64,000 bases of DNA from Saccostrea cucullata (taxonomy: Eukaryota), in the NCBI RefSeq assembly GCF_032062105.1, contig NW_026920581.1, positions 992,001 to 1,056,000 on the forward strand. The letters run 5' to 3'. Shown piece by piece: positions 27,831 to 41,400 of the stretch; positions within the stretch are counted from its first letter, which is position 1, and the number at the start of each line of letters is the position of its first letter. The translations under genes and the position numbers were made by a program. The notes under the pieces were generated by a model. It saw nothing but the letters and a program-made list of their open reading frames with translations. It searched no databases and was not told the origin of the DNA.

Positions 27831-30519
27831 ATAAAATTATACTCATCCCTATAACTTATAGCTAGGGTATTATTAAGTACACTGTTGTATATATATTTAA
27901 GATTTGAAGTTTGTGTTAAAAATTGAAGGTCAATGCATGGATGGATTTTTCGACAGAAAATTTAAGTTATGTTAATTTAATTAATATTTTTGTATGTTAA
28001 TTGTTTTACATCCCTCTTGAAAATTTTTCACTCATATGGAGAAGCCACCACTTGCTCTGTTTATTTATATTTCTCATACAATTTATGGAATTCAGTACAT
28101 TTCAAGAATTTTTTAAAATTTGACTTTTGTGGGGGCAAAGATATAAGCAATATACTGCATATAGTTCTTTGTATTTTTGTTTAAATGTTCCATATATGAA
28201 GATTATCTACTAATCATCCTTCTATGATGTTGAAAAATAACAATATATAAAGTGGCCAAGTTAAAAAAAATTCTATATTCATCTCATAAAAAGGAAATGC
28301 TCATAGAGCACCCATTCCACCCCCTTTCAATCTGAAAATCAACTCGTGCATTTATTATACAAGAAAAAATCACAAAGTGCACGTTAATATAAAAAAAGGT
28401 TATGTTAATGGACCTTGATCGATCTTTAAAAAAATATATCATTTATAATACAAAATTGTGAGCATATAAGGCATAAAACAGACTCCCTGAAATTTCAGAG
28501 GTGGGATCAGGTGCCAAGGAGGAGTAAGCTCCCCTGCCAATCTTAGATATTTCTCAACTATTAAACACAGAATTCTCAGAGGAGGATGAGTTTTAAATGC
28601 AATGCATCAGCTGGAGGCAAATGGCATATTTCAAATGGAAATCCTGTAAGCTTTGCATTATTTGGACACAAATTGATGAGATGATACCATTAAAGTGCAT
28701 TACCGTGCAATAAATATGGCACACATTTTTAGTGCAGGATAGTCTCTAAAATATTATATGTCATCCATCAATGTCATTCTTGCAGACATACTGCATTTGC
28801 ATTCTGAAGTTAGCCCTTCCTAATTAATGGATCCATATAAAATGAACAATTTTAGCCTTGCTGTTGATGCAAGCTTTTCTCCCTTCATTTACAAAAGAAT
28901 CCCCAAGTGCCCCCATTGTATAGTACAGACTAAACCACATAAGAAACAATTAATGTAAAACCCATAAAAATACCCTCATATGGCAGCCAGTACTAGACTC
29001 AGACAACTCACCTACAACAAAGTGAAGATAATAGCTCCATAATTAGGTTTTATCCGCCATGCCTTCCTGCTGCTGGTATCCGACTCCATCACATTAGGGC
29101 TGTAATTGATGTGGTGTTGTGTTTTACGGAGTGACAATCCATTTCATCACTCCGACAGGTACAGTCATGATAGTTATTACAGATAGTACTACAATAATCA
29201 CAACACATCCTGAAGCTGGCATTATACTGGCCAGACTTTAATGTACATTAAAAACACACACACAATGGCAACGAATCAGGAGTTAATGCAGAATTTATGA
29301 GCTCAGTAGTTGTGGTGCATCTGTATTAAAACCTCCATATCCCAAAAGAATACCTTTTGTCTCAGCTGTAGTAAAAATATTTGAGGAAAATACTAGGAAA
29401 TGTCATTAACAGCTACTTTTACAAGCATGTCATTACTGCTTGTGAACTATGGTTTTTTTTTTCTTCAATTTTATATTAATTAAAACAAAAATAACTTAAG
29501 TGCACTTGCATTCTTAATAACTTCCTCTTTGCACTCCATAATAAAAATTTCATTAAATATTCAAATTCGATCCTAAACATTCCTTTTAAAGGAATTACGA
29601 GTGCTTTGGAAAAGAACATTTTCCAAATTATTATCCCTATATACAATGTATATTTCAAGCTAGGTCACAACTCACAAGGTTACACCTCTCTTTATATTTC
29701 AGAAGCAGAGAAAAGAAGAGCAATTACTAAAAAAACATAGTTTTATATCCCCTAACCCCCCCCCCCATTGATTAAACATAGTTTTATATCCCCTAACCCC
29801 CCCCCCCCCCCCATTGATTTCCTTTTTTAAAGCCTTTTTCAACATCCCTCCATTCACACACCCCTAAATATAAATTAAGAAAGGTAAGGAAAACATTTTT
29901 TTCCAAATCATATGGTATAACCTTGTATACATCTATTCTTTATGGAGTTTAGAAAGAGAGCTTTTAAATATGATGCTGAAAAATTGACACACTTATCTTG
30001 AAAAAAATCTTGAAGCTAAATGCACAGTAATGTATAAACACTCAATCAAGTCAACCGGAAGATAAACAAACAGACCAGGGAAGTATTGACCACTTATTTC
30101 TACAGAACACAAAATCAATGTAGGGATAAAGTGAAATGATACATATCTCCTCTCCCACTATCATCAAAAGGACGTATATTTATACTTAACCACTGCCATA
30201 CTTTAGTATTCCTGAATAGCCAGCATCTTAATAAGATTTTGACCAAGAATACACAAAATTGTTCTTTTTTTTCATGAATAGAAATTTTACAAAGCTTTTG
30301 AAATCAATTTTGAAATAATGAATACACTGAAACACTAAATTGTAAAATAACTGACAGACTTAAGATTTATATCGCAATCATATCATAAACTTGAGCTCTG
30401 ATATTTTAGTCTTTCTGCCTGAGGCCGCCAAGAAATAGAGATCCTATCAATGTTTATAGTCACCTTGTAATCAATATATAGGATATTAAATGTCTTAATA
30501 TTATAAAAATGTCTTATTA

Positions 30520-30803
30520 ATCGCCCACTTAGAGCATTGGTCAGAGTATTAGTTCTTAAGATGCAGTGTGGAGTTGATCATTTAATGTTGCGAGTATGAA
30601 TACCACTGTCGGATGGTCCAAATTGGATGAGACCCTTTAAACCGAGGTCCTGTGTCATAGCAGATCCTGGCAAGGAAAAAAATCCCTCACTACTCAAAGG
30701 TCCTATGGGCCAATTACAGATCTAAATTTGCAGCTCTCCATCAGCAAATGGTGGCATCTCAATATGAGAGAAAAATTCTTGCAGGGACATTAAACAAACA
30801 AAT
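30520..30803 (+). mobile_element. Old diverged copy of the V-core tRNA-SINE
   Basis: GGATGAGACC..AAACCGAGGTCCTGTGTC..ATCCCTCACTACTCAA..GAAAAATTCT..GGGACATTAAACAAACAAA aligns with the SINE at 48850-49152. Confidence 0.75.
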
Positions 30804-32099
30804 GTCTCATTATATGTTTAAAGGGCCATGACCTTAAACGGTCATCTAGCTTACGTTTGTATGTCCTCTTGAACTTATACTTTAAGAAACTCTGCAAGCT
30901 GGGATCTTTCTATGATTTGACAATTTGCATACAATATTGTATTTGTAGCGGTATATTTTTAGAATTTGTTGAATGACAGAACTCATCAATAAAATCTTTC
31001 ACAGCCGAAAAACATTTTTGTTATAAAAATTGAAATGTAGAGCATGAGAAACTAGTAATATCAGCTTGGTTCACTGAATGTCCTCAAGAGTAATGAATAA
31101 GAAGAGGGACTATATACTAGTATATATAGCCATAGTCACTTTTCATTCAGATTGACATTTGCCCCCCCCCCCCCCCCCCCCTTCCCCCCGTTCTTTGCAG
31201 AAAATTTAGATATTTATATGATCGAGGAACAAAAATTACCTCCAAACAATCTTATAAAATATTGCATAAAGATTTCTCAAATTATGCAAGACTTTCAATT
31301 ATATACTTTATATACTTAAGTAAGTGGTGCATCATAACTATGACTTCTTTAAATTTCTTCATTGCCATATGAACATTTTAGCAGCAAAAATCAGAAGTGA
31401 GCTTTAGTTAATGTATACAAATCTAATGCAATCTAATATTTCTCTGGCAACTAGCCTAACTAGGTGTGATTGGGAAACTCACGATGTGGAATTACAAATA
31501 CCAATTCTATTTACATACAAAGTGGGTCCTAAAAAGGGGTCAATACTACAGGCTAGTTCCCAAAGTCTCCTTTAGCTTAGTGCTCTATCTTCTCTCTTTC
31601 CTTCTCCCCTTATCTCTCTCTCTCTCTCTCATCGAAAGTGTCAAATTGGAACACACTTATTAGTATATCAGGGTTCAATATACTTTTAATGTCTATGATG
31701 ATCAATAATTCATATATATGTCTGGAATTTAAATGATTCCATCATTGAGAAAAATTGGTAAAATATAATGGCACCTTCAAATTTAATTAGCTTAATTAAA
31801 GCATATTTGAACAAATGTGAAAAAATGAAATGTAAAAATAACAATGATTAATATTTGTATGATAATCATTTGTATTAATATTGATATGTACACATACTAA
31901 ACCACACACATTTATAACAAATATTTGTATATTGATTATAAACTCTCCTTTCCACAGAAAGAATTAAGAAATAGATCAAACTTGTTTCTCTTATAAAAAA
32001 AAGAAAGATTCTTTAAAAAAGAAAAGGAAATAATATGGATTATGACAAGTAGCTAATAACATTATATCATCTCGAAAAATATAAGAAAACTATACTCAC

Positions 32100-32300
32100 C
32101 AGGGCTTCACAGTTAATTGTCCAAGTGTTTTCCCTCCACAAAATTCACCATGTAAATCAATACACACTGGATATAACTGTAATGTCAATCATTTTCCTGT
32201 TATTCTGAAGGCAGGGAAAGCCAGAAACTGTCATCCACAGAAACTGAGTCAGCAAGTCTTAGGAAGGTCCATCCGAGCACTGTCTCAGACACGAGACTGA
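32100..32300 (-). other. Candidate first (non-coding) exon of the membrane-protein gene
   Basis: Strong minus-strand donor CTG|GTGAGT at 32099 and unique non-repeat sequence upstream. The 5' end is approximate. Confidence 0.3.
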
Positions 32301-33625
32301 TATACTACAGATGGCATATATCTCATAAGCGGTTAATCCAATCAATTTAATTTGCTTATGAACCCAAGGATAACAGTGAATCAAAACCTCTGAAGCTGTT
32401 TCATTTGTTCTCTTATCTGTTTTTTTTTCTCCTGGAAAAAGCTGGTTATGCTAGAATGTTTATAATTAGAGGGCAATTAATCTAGACGTGTGGTGATGGG
32501 ATGTTTTACGATTATTTATGGTACAGTTATGAAATATTAATTCTTAAGGAGAAAATTGGCTTCTTTTTCAAAAGTGATTTATAGAGGTAATTGCTGTTTG
32601 ATTTGAAGGGCACAGATAAAGTAGAAGGGGTGAGGGTGGAGGTGAGCTTTTGTTCTGAAAAATCTCCAAACTTCCTATTTTAAAAGAGGGAAGGTGGAAA
32701 AGGGTTGTTGGAAACAATTTAAGTGCGGTACCTAAGCCTTGCATGTCTGATATTTGCTATAAATGCATTTTTTTTTATTATGAAGCATGAAGAGACAAAC
32801 AGAGCCAGTCTTGTAGGAAACAATCTACACTGAATTGATATAGATGAATATATATTTCAGATTTTTAAAAAAAATTGTCCAAACTGGGAGGGGATGGAGG
32901 GTGAGTAGGTTCCAACGTCTTTCAGTACCAACTATTGTTTTTACTCAAACATACTGAATAAGCTTTACTTGACTTTACTGCAACAAAAAAGGGATTGGGC
33001 TTTCAATGAACGTTTTCTATTGTAAAATGTTAAGTCTGGAAAAAATGGGAGGAGCCCCCCCCCCCCCAATGTTACGTGCCTGCTTAAGAAACAGCAATAG
33101 GTGTAACCTCAGCATGGATGGAGATAGGGGACTATCCAAGAACAATTGTATAGAATCCCTTATTATCCCTAACACATTGTTAATCAAATGTATACAAAAC
33201 AAAGCAAACAATTTTATAGGGTAAAGGTATCATTATTTGGGGGGGGGGGGGGAGAGGGGGATAAGATCACTTGCAGCCTCTCTCACTAATTAACCTACAG
33301 GAAAAGTCTTCATGATGGTCAAGTCTCTAAAAGCCTCGATCTTCTTTTGGTTCCTCTTACTGTATCTGTTAACAAAAATAAAATCAAGCAGAGATTTTAG
33401 TCATAATTAAAAAGTAGACTGTTCGGTGAGCAGTACTTTTGCAAAGATGCACCTTTACTTCTTTCATTAAAATTTACATTGATCGTATATTGCATCTGTA
33501 CAGTCTTTCTGATCATTCACCTCTGATAGAGTTATCTTTCCTGCACTCATACATATCCTTGACTTTGGAACAGTTAAGGTTGGTTGATGCTTGCCTTTTT
33601 CCTACTATAAAAAGACGGCAAATAA

Positions 33626-35853
33626 AACTAGTGCTAATTGTAACGGGGACCGTTACAGATGTTCCCCAAACGCTCCCCAAGTCCTTTTGGTGCCATATTC
33701 CCTGTAATCTCTATTAGATAAGAAATACTTTATAGAAGAAAAATACAAAATATATCTAAAAATAGGCATTGCACGCGTGTTTATGTGCGTAACGACCATA
33801 TTATCTTGTCTACACTATCTAAAATTTTAATATACTCAAAGCATTTAATCCAAAAGTATTAAAAAATACACTCATTCGAGTGTATTTATAATTTTACTCA
33901 TTTCACGTGCACGCACGCGCAAGCACGTGCATAATGACTACACCTTCTTGTAGGAGTCCCTTATATTTATCTATGTTCTAAATCAAATCCCTTTTGGTTG
34001 AAAAACAAGGGAGTTATAGCCATTTGAAGTTTCAGCCAATCGGATTACAGCCCACATGCATGCGTGTGATTTCATAAATTTTTATCTTTATCGTATTGAA
34101 GGATATCTAAATGAATGACTATATTTTAAAATTCGAAACATTTCGTCAAAAAACAAAGGAGATATTGCCATATAAAATTTCAGCCAATCAGATTGCAGCA
34201 CACGTGCATGCGCGTGATTTCATGATTTTTTTCTATATCATATTTTAGATATCCTAATGCATGACTATGTTTTAAATTTCAAAGCATTTCGTCAAAAAAC
34301 AAAGGAGATATAGCCATTTAAAGTTTCAGCCAATCAGATTGCAGCATGCGCGAAGGGTTTTATCGTGTGGAAACGAAAGCGTTACAGACAGACAGAAAGA
34401 CGGACGGACGGACGGACGGACGGACGACGAACAACAAGCAGCAGGACGGACGAGACAGAGCAAGACCCATGCGCATGCTTTCATGAATATTTTTATATAT
34501 CATGCTGTAGACCTTCATAATGTAGGACTATGTTCAAAATTTCAAAAGATTATGACAAGAAACAAGAAAGATATTGAGGTTTTAGTTTCAGCCAATCAGA
34601 GCGAAGCGCACGTGCATGCGCGTGAGATCTTGCTATTTTGACCATGCCATCCTGTCTATACTACTAATGTGTCCTTACATTATGAGTTTCAAAAAAATTC
34701 ATCAAGAAAAAGAAAAGTTACAGCAATATCCATTATATTGGTCATTTTTCGTGTTGCACGTGCGCGCTCTTGCAAGCACGTGCGCGCAAAATGACCTTCG
34801 TTCGGCAAATCTACATAACATGTCTACTGACCCTAAAAACATTTTACCTTAGTCGGATGTGTAGTTTACAAGATCACTCGTGGACAAACTTTTCCCAGGA
34901 AGAAGAAAAATAATAATAATAATAATAATAACTAGATGCGTTCTTGTTGCAAGGGCAACAAGTAGGTGAGAGGGGCGAGAGACGTCCTTCCGACCGACTT
35001 TTCTTTAGAGTTCTATGCAGCATCATGCCATAAAAAGTTTTCAGAATGTATTTTTTCGTTTACATTCATTTACAGTAGTTTCTCAACACAGATCGTGATT
35101 GTTACACACCAGGTATTTCACAAAATATCTCCAAATATAGCTTTTAAAAATCGGCAAAATGTTCCACACATGTTATAAAAGAGTGAAAAGTAATTTGCAA
35201 CTGAAAAAAGACAAAAACAAAGAAAAAATTTGGGGAACGCCCCGAGCGGGATTCGAACCCCCGACAGTAAGACAAAGTTTGGTTTGGTCATATCTTTGCA
35301 ATAAACACACGCATGAAGAAAATAAAAACATGTATAGATATCTTTGAAGACGCTCTATAAACCCTGTGAATCCGAAAGAAAAATATTGAAAAACAAAGAA
35401 GTTGAAAAATTGGACTTTTTGAATTCACTTCCGTTTGCGACCGGAAGTAGAAACGACAAAAAACGAAGGACGTTCGGCACATTTACATTTGATGTTCTTT
35501 CATGTCCATAAGTTTCAATGTCATATCTTTAGCCGTTTTCGAGAAAAGTAGTGTACAAAAATCCATTTAAAAAATACAAATTCCCCCAAAAATCGCGAAC
35601 GGAGAAAAATTTTGAAAAAATGAAAAACACGTCTGGAGATATTAACCTGCTGCATCTTTTCTGTAAAAATCTTTGAAATCCGTACAGTCAGAGCTGAGAT
35701 ATCGCCATAAAAATGAAAAAAAGAATAATAATAATAATAATAATAATAGGAAACCGACGGAAAACAATAAGGTCTTCCGAAGGAAGTCGGAAGACCTTAA
35801 TAAGAAACAGAGTAAAAACAATATGTTCCCCAACTTCGTTTGGGGAACATAAT
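33626..35853 (-). mobile_element. HINE/Helentron-like element A with ~150-bp internal tandem repeats; hosts nested element B
   Basis: End hairpin ATGTTCCCC..GGGGAACAT (35823-35850) with partner ATGTTCCCCAAACG at ~33659. Terminal palindrome TGTAACGG..CCGTTACA and AACTAG end. Internal repeats at ~33990-34350. Confidence 0.65.
34930..35800 (-). mobile_element. HINE/Helentron-like element B nested in the (AAT)n tract of element A
   Basis: Own hairpin AAGGTCTTCCGA..TCGGAAGACCTT (35769-35798), own (AAT)n tract, terminal palindrome CTTGTTGC..GCAACAAG and AACTAG end at 34930. Confidence 0.6.
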
Positions 35854-37414
35854 TAGGAATAGGGCATCAAAAGAGAGTTGTTGCCCTTGTAATTTTACTC
35901 TGCTTTTGAAAAAGTAAAAAAAAAAAAATTCTCTGGATCGCTTGTTAAAACGCTAGTTTCTGTAGACTAGTGACTAAACGATGTACAAATTCATTTTTTA
36001 CTTAACTAATATATGTTCTTTCCGTGTATAATGTAATTTTACCATTAAGCGAAAGAGATGATTCCATTTTACGCATCGCGATCTAGGGAGAAAAAGCACC
36101 TTCGATTTATAATGGCATAAAAGGAAAAATCACAATACCGTAACAAACTTCCATTTATTTCCTTAAAATGTCTGGCAGATCTTATTTCCATGGAAAAACC
36201 AGTTGCAGACCCAGAATAAGGCAATTGTGATTAAATCAGAAATGCATAACAGCCACGCAAAACAAAAAAAAAATAATTATTAGTCATGTTAGTTTCTGCA
36301 ATAGCTATTTCTTAACTTGGGAATGAACTTATTCAAATACTTTAAACAAGGCACTCATCCAGAAAATGTCATTCAAATTGAGCATCTGAAGCAAGTTTGA
36401 GAATGTTTAACCCTTGACGCAACATCCTTGCAAGATTGGTTGATACTGTATGTATATATTTTTTTGGTAATGGACCCGCTCCGACAAAAAAATAGCCTGG
36501 TCCTTGATCTGGAAACTGTAGGCCAGATGTAACATCCATATCAAGTCCATCGGTGTGCTCCCTAAGATGTTTCATACATGCAAGTTTGATCCATTTTGGC
36601 TGTGTGTTTAAAACGAACCCGCTCCTCAAACCTTTATGGTTTGTGTAGAGTACATATAAAGAAAACAAAAAATGAAATGAAAAAAAGTAATCAAATATCA
36701 GCCAGAGATTCGTTTTTATTAAATTAAATTAGAAGTAAATTAACCGAGTTAATTTTGATTAGCCGATTACATAACACGTTTTTTGTTCATTGATTGAGAA
36801 GTCGCTGTGTAAGGTCTTCCCCATTCCTATATGTTTCTCTCCGGTGTTCTTCATTGTCTGATATCTCGTCAGTCGTATGTAAACCTTTGAACATTTTCTA
36901 CTCTGAAACGATTACATAAATTTCATTTCCAAGTAGCTTTTTTCAAATATAAATCAAAGATATTTTGATTTACTTGAAGCGTCTATCAATTTCTTTGAGT
37001 AAAAAATTCCTCAATATTTCATCTCCAGATAACATTTCAAATGTATAAAAATTATATCTCAACAAGGTTTCTTGTGTTACACAACATAGTGTATTAAAAC
37101 AGAGAGCAAATATTTTTTGTAGAAATTATCCCAATCTTTTCCGATTCATTTCCTCGATGTAGAAATTGTGGTTAATTGTGTGTACGATCAATTTCACGCC
37201 AGTGTATCAATATAAAGACAATATGTGATTATCATATTACCAGCATCCCAACCAGCTGTTTAACCAATAAAATTGAACGAACAAATAAAGTATAAAAATG
37301 TCACAGCACATTTTCTCGGTAACGACAAAATGCATTCTTGACTGCATGGACTAACATGCATACCGAATAAACAGAATATTTATATGTCCCGTACGTGCAG
37401 TACTTGCAATAACT

Positions 37415-38441
37415 ATGAGCAAGAAGCCGAATTTGATCAACCTTTTGTCGGAGAGGTTGAGGCCTGGTCTACTAGATGTGGAAAGGAAGTATTTAGAGTC
37501 CTGTGAATTAGGTGACGAGGATTTAGTCCGAAATCTGTTAAATTCTGGGACGATTTCTCCAGATCTTGAGGACACTCAAGGAAGAACAGCCCTAGACCTC
37601 GCCATAGCAAGTGGTCATGTTTCTTTGGTGGAATTCCTTTCAGGTAAAGTGGGACCTAAGGTCATCCATCAAGGATTGCTTTGCGCAGTCGAAAATGATC
37701 GAGAAGAGATCTGCCAAATTTTGCTGGAAAATTCCATTTATCAGTATTCATTGCAATCAAAAGAGAATGCAAACGAGTATTCTTCCATTGAAGGAATTAC
37801 AAACCCAAATAGCGACAAAATGTCGGAAGTGTTTGATGATGATTTATCAACGAGGTCTAAACTCAGCCAGCAATCTGAAATAACAGTAAATAAAATGCTG
37901 AAGGAAGCACTCATTAAAGCAGCAATCAGAAACAACTTCATCCCTGCCCCCCTGGGGCCTGAGGGGTGGGGCCAAAACCACTAAAATTAATGCAATCTTT
38001 AAAAATCTTCTTCTTTACTCCTGGACATGTCAAACTATTTGCATGATTGTCAGCGTCCTCTACCAAAATTGTGTCCTGGGGTCAGGGGGAAAATGCATTA
38101 TCAAATTGTTCAAATGAATCATGGTGAAGACATTTATCGAAGAAATGGTTCAAATTAATGAAATAAGTTTATCAGCTCTTGAGCTCAAATTGTTCAAATG
38201 ATGGCACATGGAACGAAAATTGTGAATTTCATGATCCCTGCCCCCTGGGGCCTGAGGGGTGGGGCCAAAACCACTAAAATTAATGCAATCTTTAAAAATC
38301 TTCTTCTTTACTCCTGGACATCAAGCAGTCAAACTATTTGCATGATGTAATCAGCATTGAGTCCTCTACCAAAATTGTGAAATTCATGGCCCTGGGGTCA
38401 GGGGTTTTAGTGCTAGGGCGGGGCTAAATAAGTATATAGTG

Positions 38442-38475
<34 letters not shown>

Positions 38476-41400
38476 GCTTCTGGGTATTAAATAAACCAAC
38501 TAATTACATAGTTATGATGAGCAAGAGTTCTACCAAAATTGTGAATTTTATGGCCCCAGCCTATTGATTATATAGTAAAATTACATGATTTCTTTGAAAA
38601 TCTTCTTCTCTGCCCCTGGGCAGTAAATAATTATGATGAGCAGAGAAGTGACGAAAATTGTGAATTTTATATCAATGGGGGGGGGGGGGCTCTATTGATT
38701 ATATAGTGAAATTACATGAATTCTTTGAAAATCTTCTTCTCTGCTCCTAGGTATTAAATAAACTAACTAAGTGCATAGTTATGATGAGCAGAGACAAGAT
38801 TATATAGTGAAATTACATGAATTCTTTGAAAATCTTCTTCTCTGCTAGGTATTAAATAAACCAGTGCATAGTCAAGAGTGCCTCTACAAAAATTGTGAAT
38901 TTTATGGCCCCAGCATCAATGGTTCTGGTGCTATTGATTATATAGTGAAATTACATGAATTCTTTGAAAATCTTCTTCTCTGCTCCTAGGTATTAAATAA
39001 ACTAACTAAGTTTCGCTAGGTATTAAATAAACTAACTAAGTACATAGTTATGATAAGCAAGTGTTCCTCAACCAAGATTGTGAATTTTATGGCCCCAGGG
39101 TCAAGGGTTCTGGTGTGTGTGTCCTATTGATTATATAGTGCTTGAAAATCTTCTTCTCTGCTCCTGTATTATATAAACTAACTAAGTGCATAGTTATGAT
39201 GAGCAAGTGTGCCTCAACCAAAATTGTGAATTTAATGGCCCTATCATCAAGGGTTCTGGTGTTGGGGGGGGGGCTCTATTGATTATATAGTGAAATTACA
39301 TGAATTCTTTGAAAATCTTCTTCTCTGCTCCCGCGTATATTTCCTTGATGAGGAAGATCCTGTTATGGCATCCTTCTACCTCAGCAAAAAGTTCAAACAG
39401 CTTCAGGTCATGGAAACTGAATATAAGGTATTCGAAGAAATGGATCAAATTAATGAAATAAGTTTATCAGCTCTTGAGCTCTATAATAAAGAAGACGCAA
39501 ATGACTTTTATGATTTATGAAATTCCTTTTCCTCTCCATGATTGTAACATTTAAATTGTTGATATATTATAGACACCTTTTAATAGTTTATTTTTTTACT
39601 GCAACATTACTTTTTCATTGATGATCATTATTCTTTGTTTTCTTGGTGCAATCTGGCAAAAATATTATCATGAACAAAACAATCATTTTACTTAGAATAG
39701 GGTAAGGACATGTAACCCAATTGACATATCACGAAGTTTAACTTCGAGAAAACCCCCCTGGCTTAAAACATGAATCAAATTCAATACACTGTAACTGGAA
39801 AGTTGTTGCATAATGCTCAGGTGACCTATAAGGCCCGTGGGCCTCTTGTATGATTTATGAAATTAATTAGCATTTAAATTGTTGACATATTATAGACACC
39901 TGTTATAATAGTTTATATTTTTACTGCAACATTACTTTTTCATTGATGACTCCCCTTTAAAATAATTGAAATAACAGTATACACGTTTTGAATTCTTGCT
40001 TTTTTTGCTTTGTATAGAGTACGTATGAAGAATTGGATGCACAGGTACAAGAATTCACCCTCGACCTGTTAAACCAATGTCGCACCTCAGGAGAAGTGCA
40101 GTCTCTTCTAGACTCGCCTGAAGGAACCGAAAAGTCGTTAAGCGATAGTTTTCCTATACTGCAAGTCGCTCTTCGAATGGAACAGAAAAAGGTACAGTGT
40201 ATCTGAAAATTTTAAATAAAAAATGTTGTGTTAATTTGTGTTTTAAAAGGATTTAGATACATGTATATTGGATTGAATTTTCAGTTTGTTTCGCACCCGA
40301 AATGCCAGGCTCAGGTATCAGCTGTGTGGTTCAGTGGTCTTAAAGGTATGCGCCATTTGAATCGGTTCGAATTCCTGTTGTTGTCAATTCCTGCTGGAAT
40401 GCTGCTATTGCCCATCCTGTCTTTAGTTTTTATCCTCGCACCCTGGAGCAAGGTATGACAATATTCAAATACATTTATCAAAGTTTTAATATTACATCTG
40501 GAGCAGTCAATTCTCCATGTGACATTTCATTCTTTTGTCGATTGAATCCGTCAACAAAAAGTTTGTTTAAAAACAGTCAATGACCAAAACTTACATGTTA
40601 CAGCTGTTCATTATTTCGACTATCAATACGCATTACACAATTTTTTGAGATAACAAAAGGATCAATCTTATATGAAAGATATCTAAATCTATCTGAAGCA
40701 TGCATGATGACTTTGTATCTTTATGATAGATTCATCTTGAGACTTTTAATTAATTTTGTTTTATGTCGATAAAAATCCAACAATATTAAAATGTGTTTCA
40801 CCAACGTTTTAAAAATCAGTGAATTTATAAAAAATCCATCAATAACGAGAAAAAAAGCGCATTAACATGAAAATATTCCTTTAGCTTCTCAGAATCATTT
40901 GGTTTCCATGGTCACAATGTCTTCTCAATTTCAATAAGACCTGGTAATCTCAGGTGACCTTTAACTTTACCATTACTTAACACTCCCTCAACATGCTTCC
41001 CTGGTTATCCAAACTTTGGCCACATTCCTTCAGGTGATACTCTTGCTGAACACCCCTTCACAAATAACCAAAGTTTTGTTAACTTTCCTTCAGGGCCCAA
41101 GATGACACTACTACTAAACATTCACTCCATACAGTTCTTCAGTTAACCAAACTTCTGTTTATTTTCCTCATAGTGACAGTGTTGTCGATCATGCATAACC
41201 ACTCCATCCACTGACATCCTCAGTTAACCAAACTTATGTTTAAAACATGCAACAGGTGGCATTTCTGCTGAACCATTAATCAAAAAAAGTCAACAAAAAC
41301 TTTTGTTAGCATTCCTAGGCACTAGTCTGAATCCTTCTGCATGCTTCTTCAGTTAATAAAAATTTGGTTGATATACTTGCTGAACACCCGCTCTACACAC

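Noticed and set aside
29729-29820. Short direct duplications and long poly-C/G runs (also ~45088-45150, ~31162, ~33239)
   Set aside because: Ordinary slippage duplications or homopolymers with no supporting structure; run lengths may be sequencing noise.
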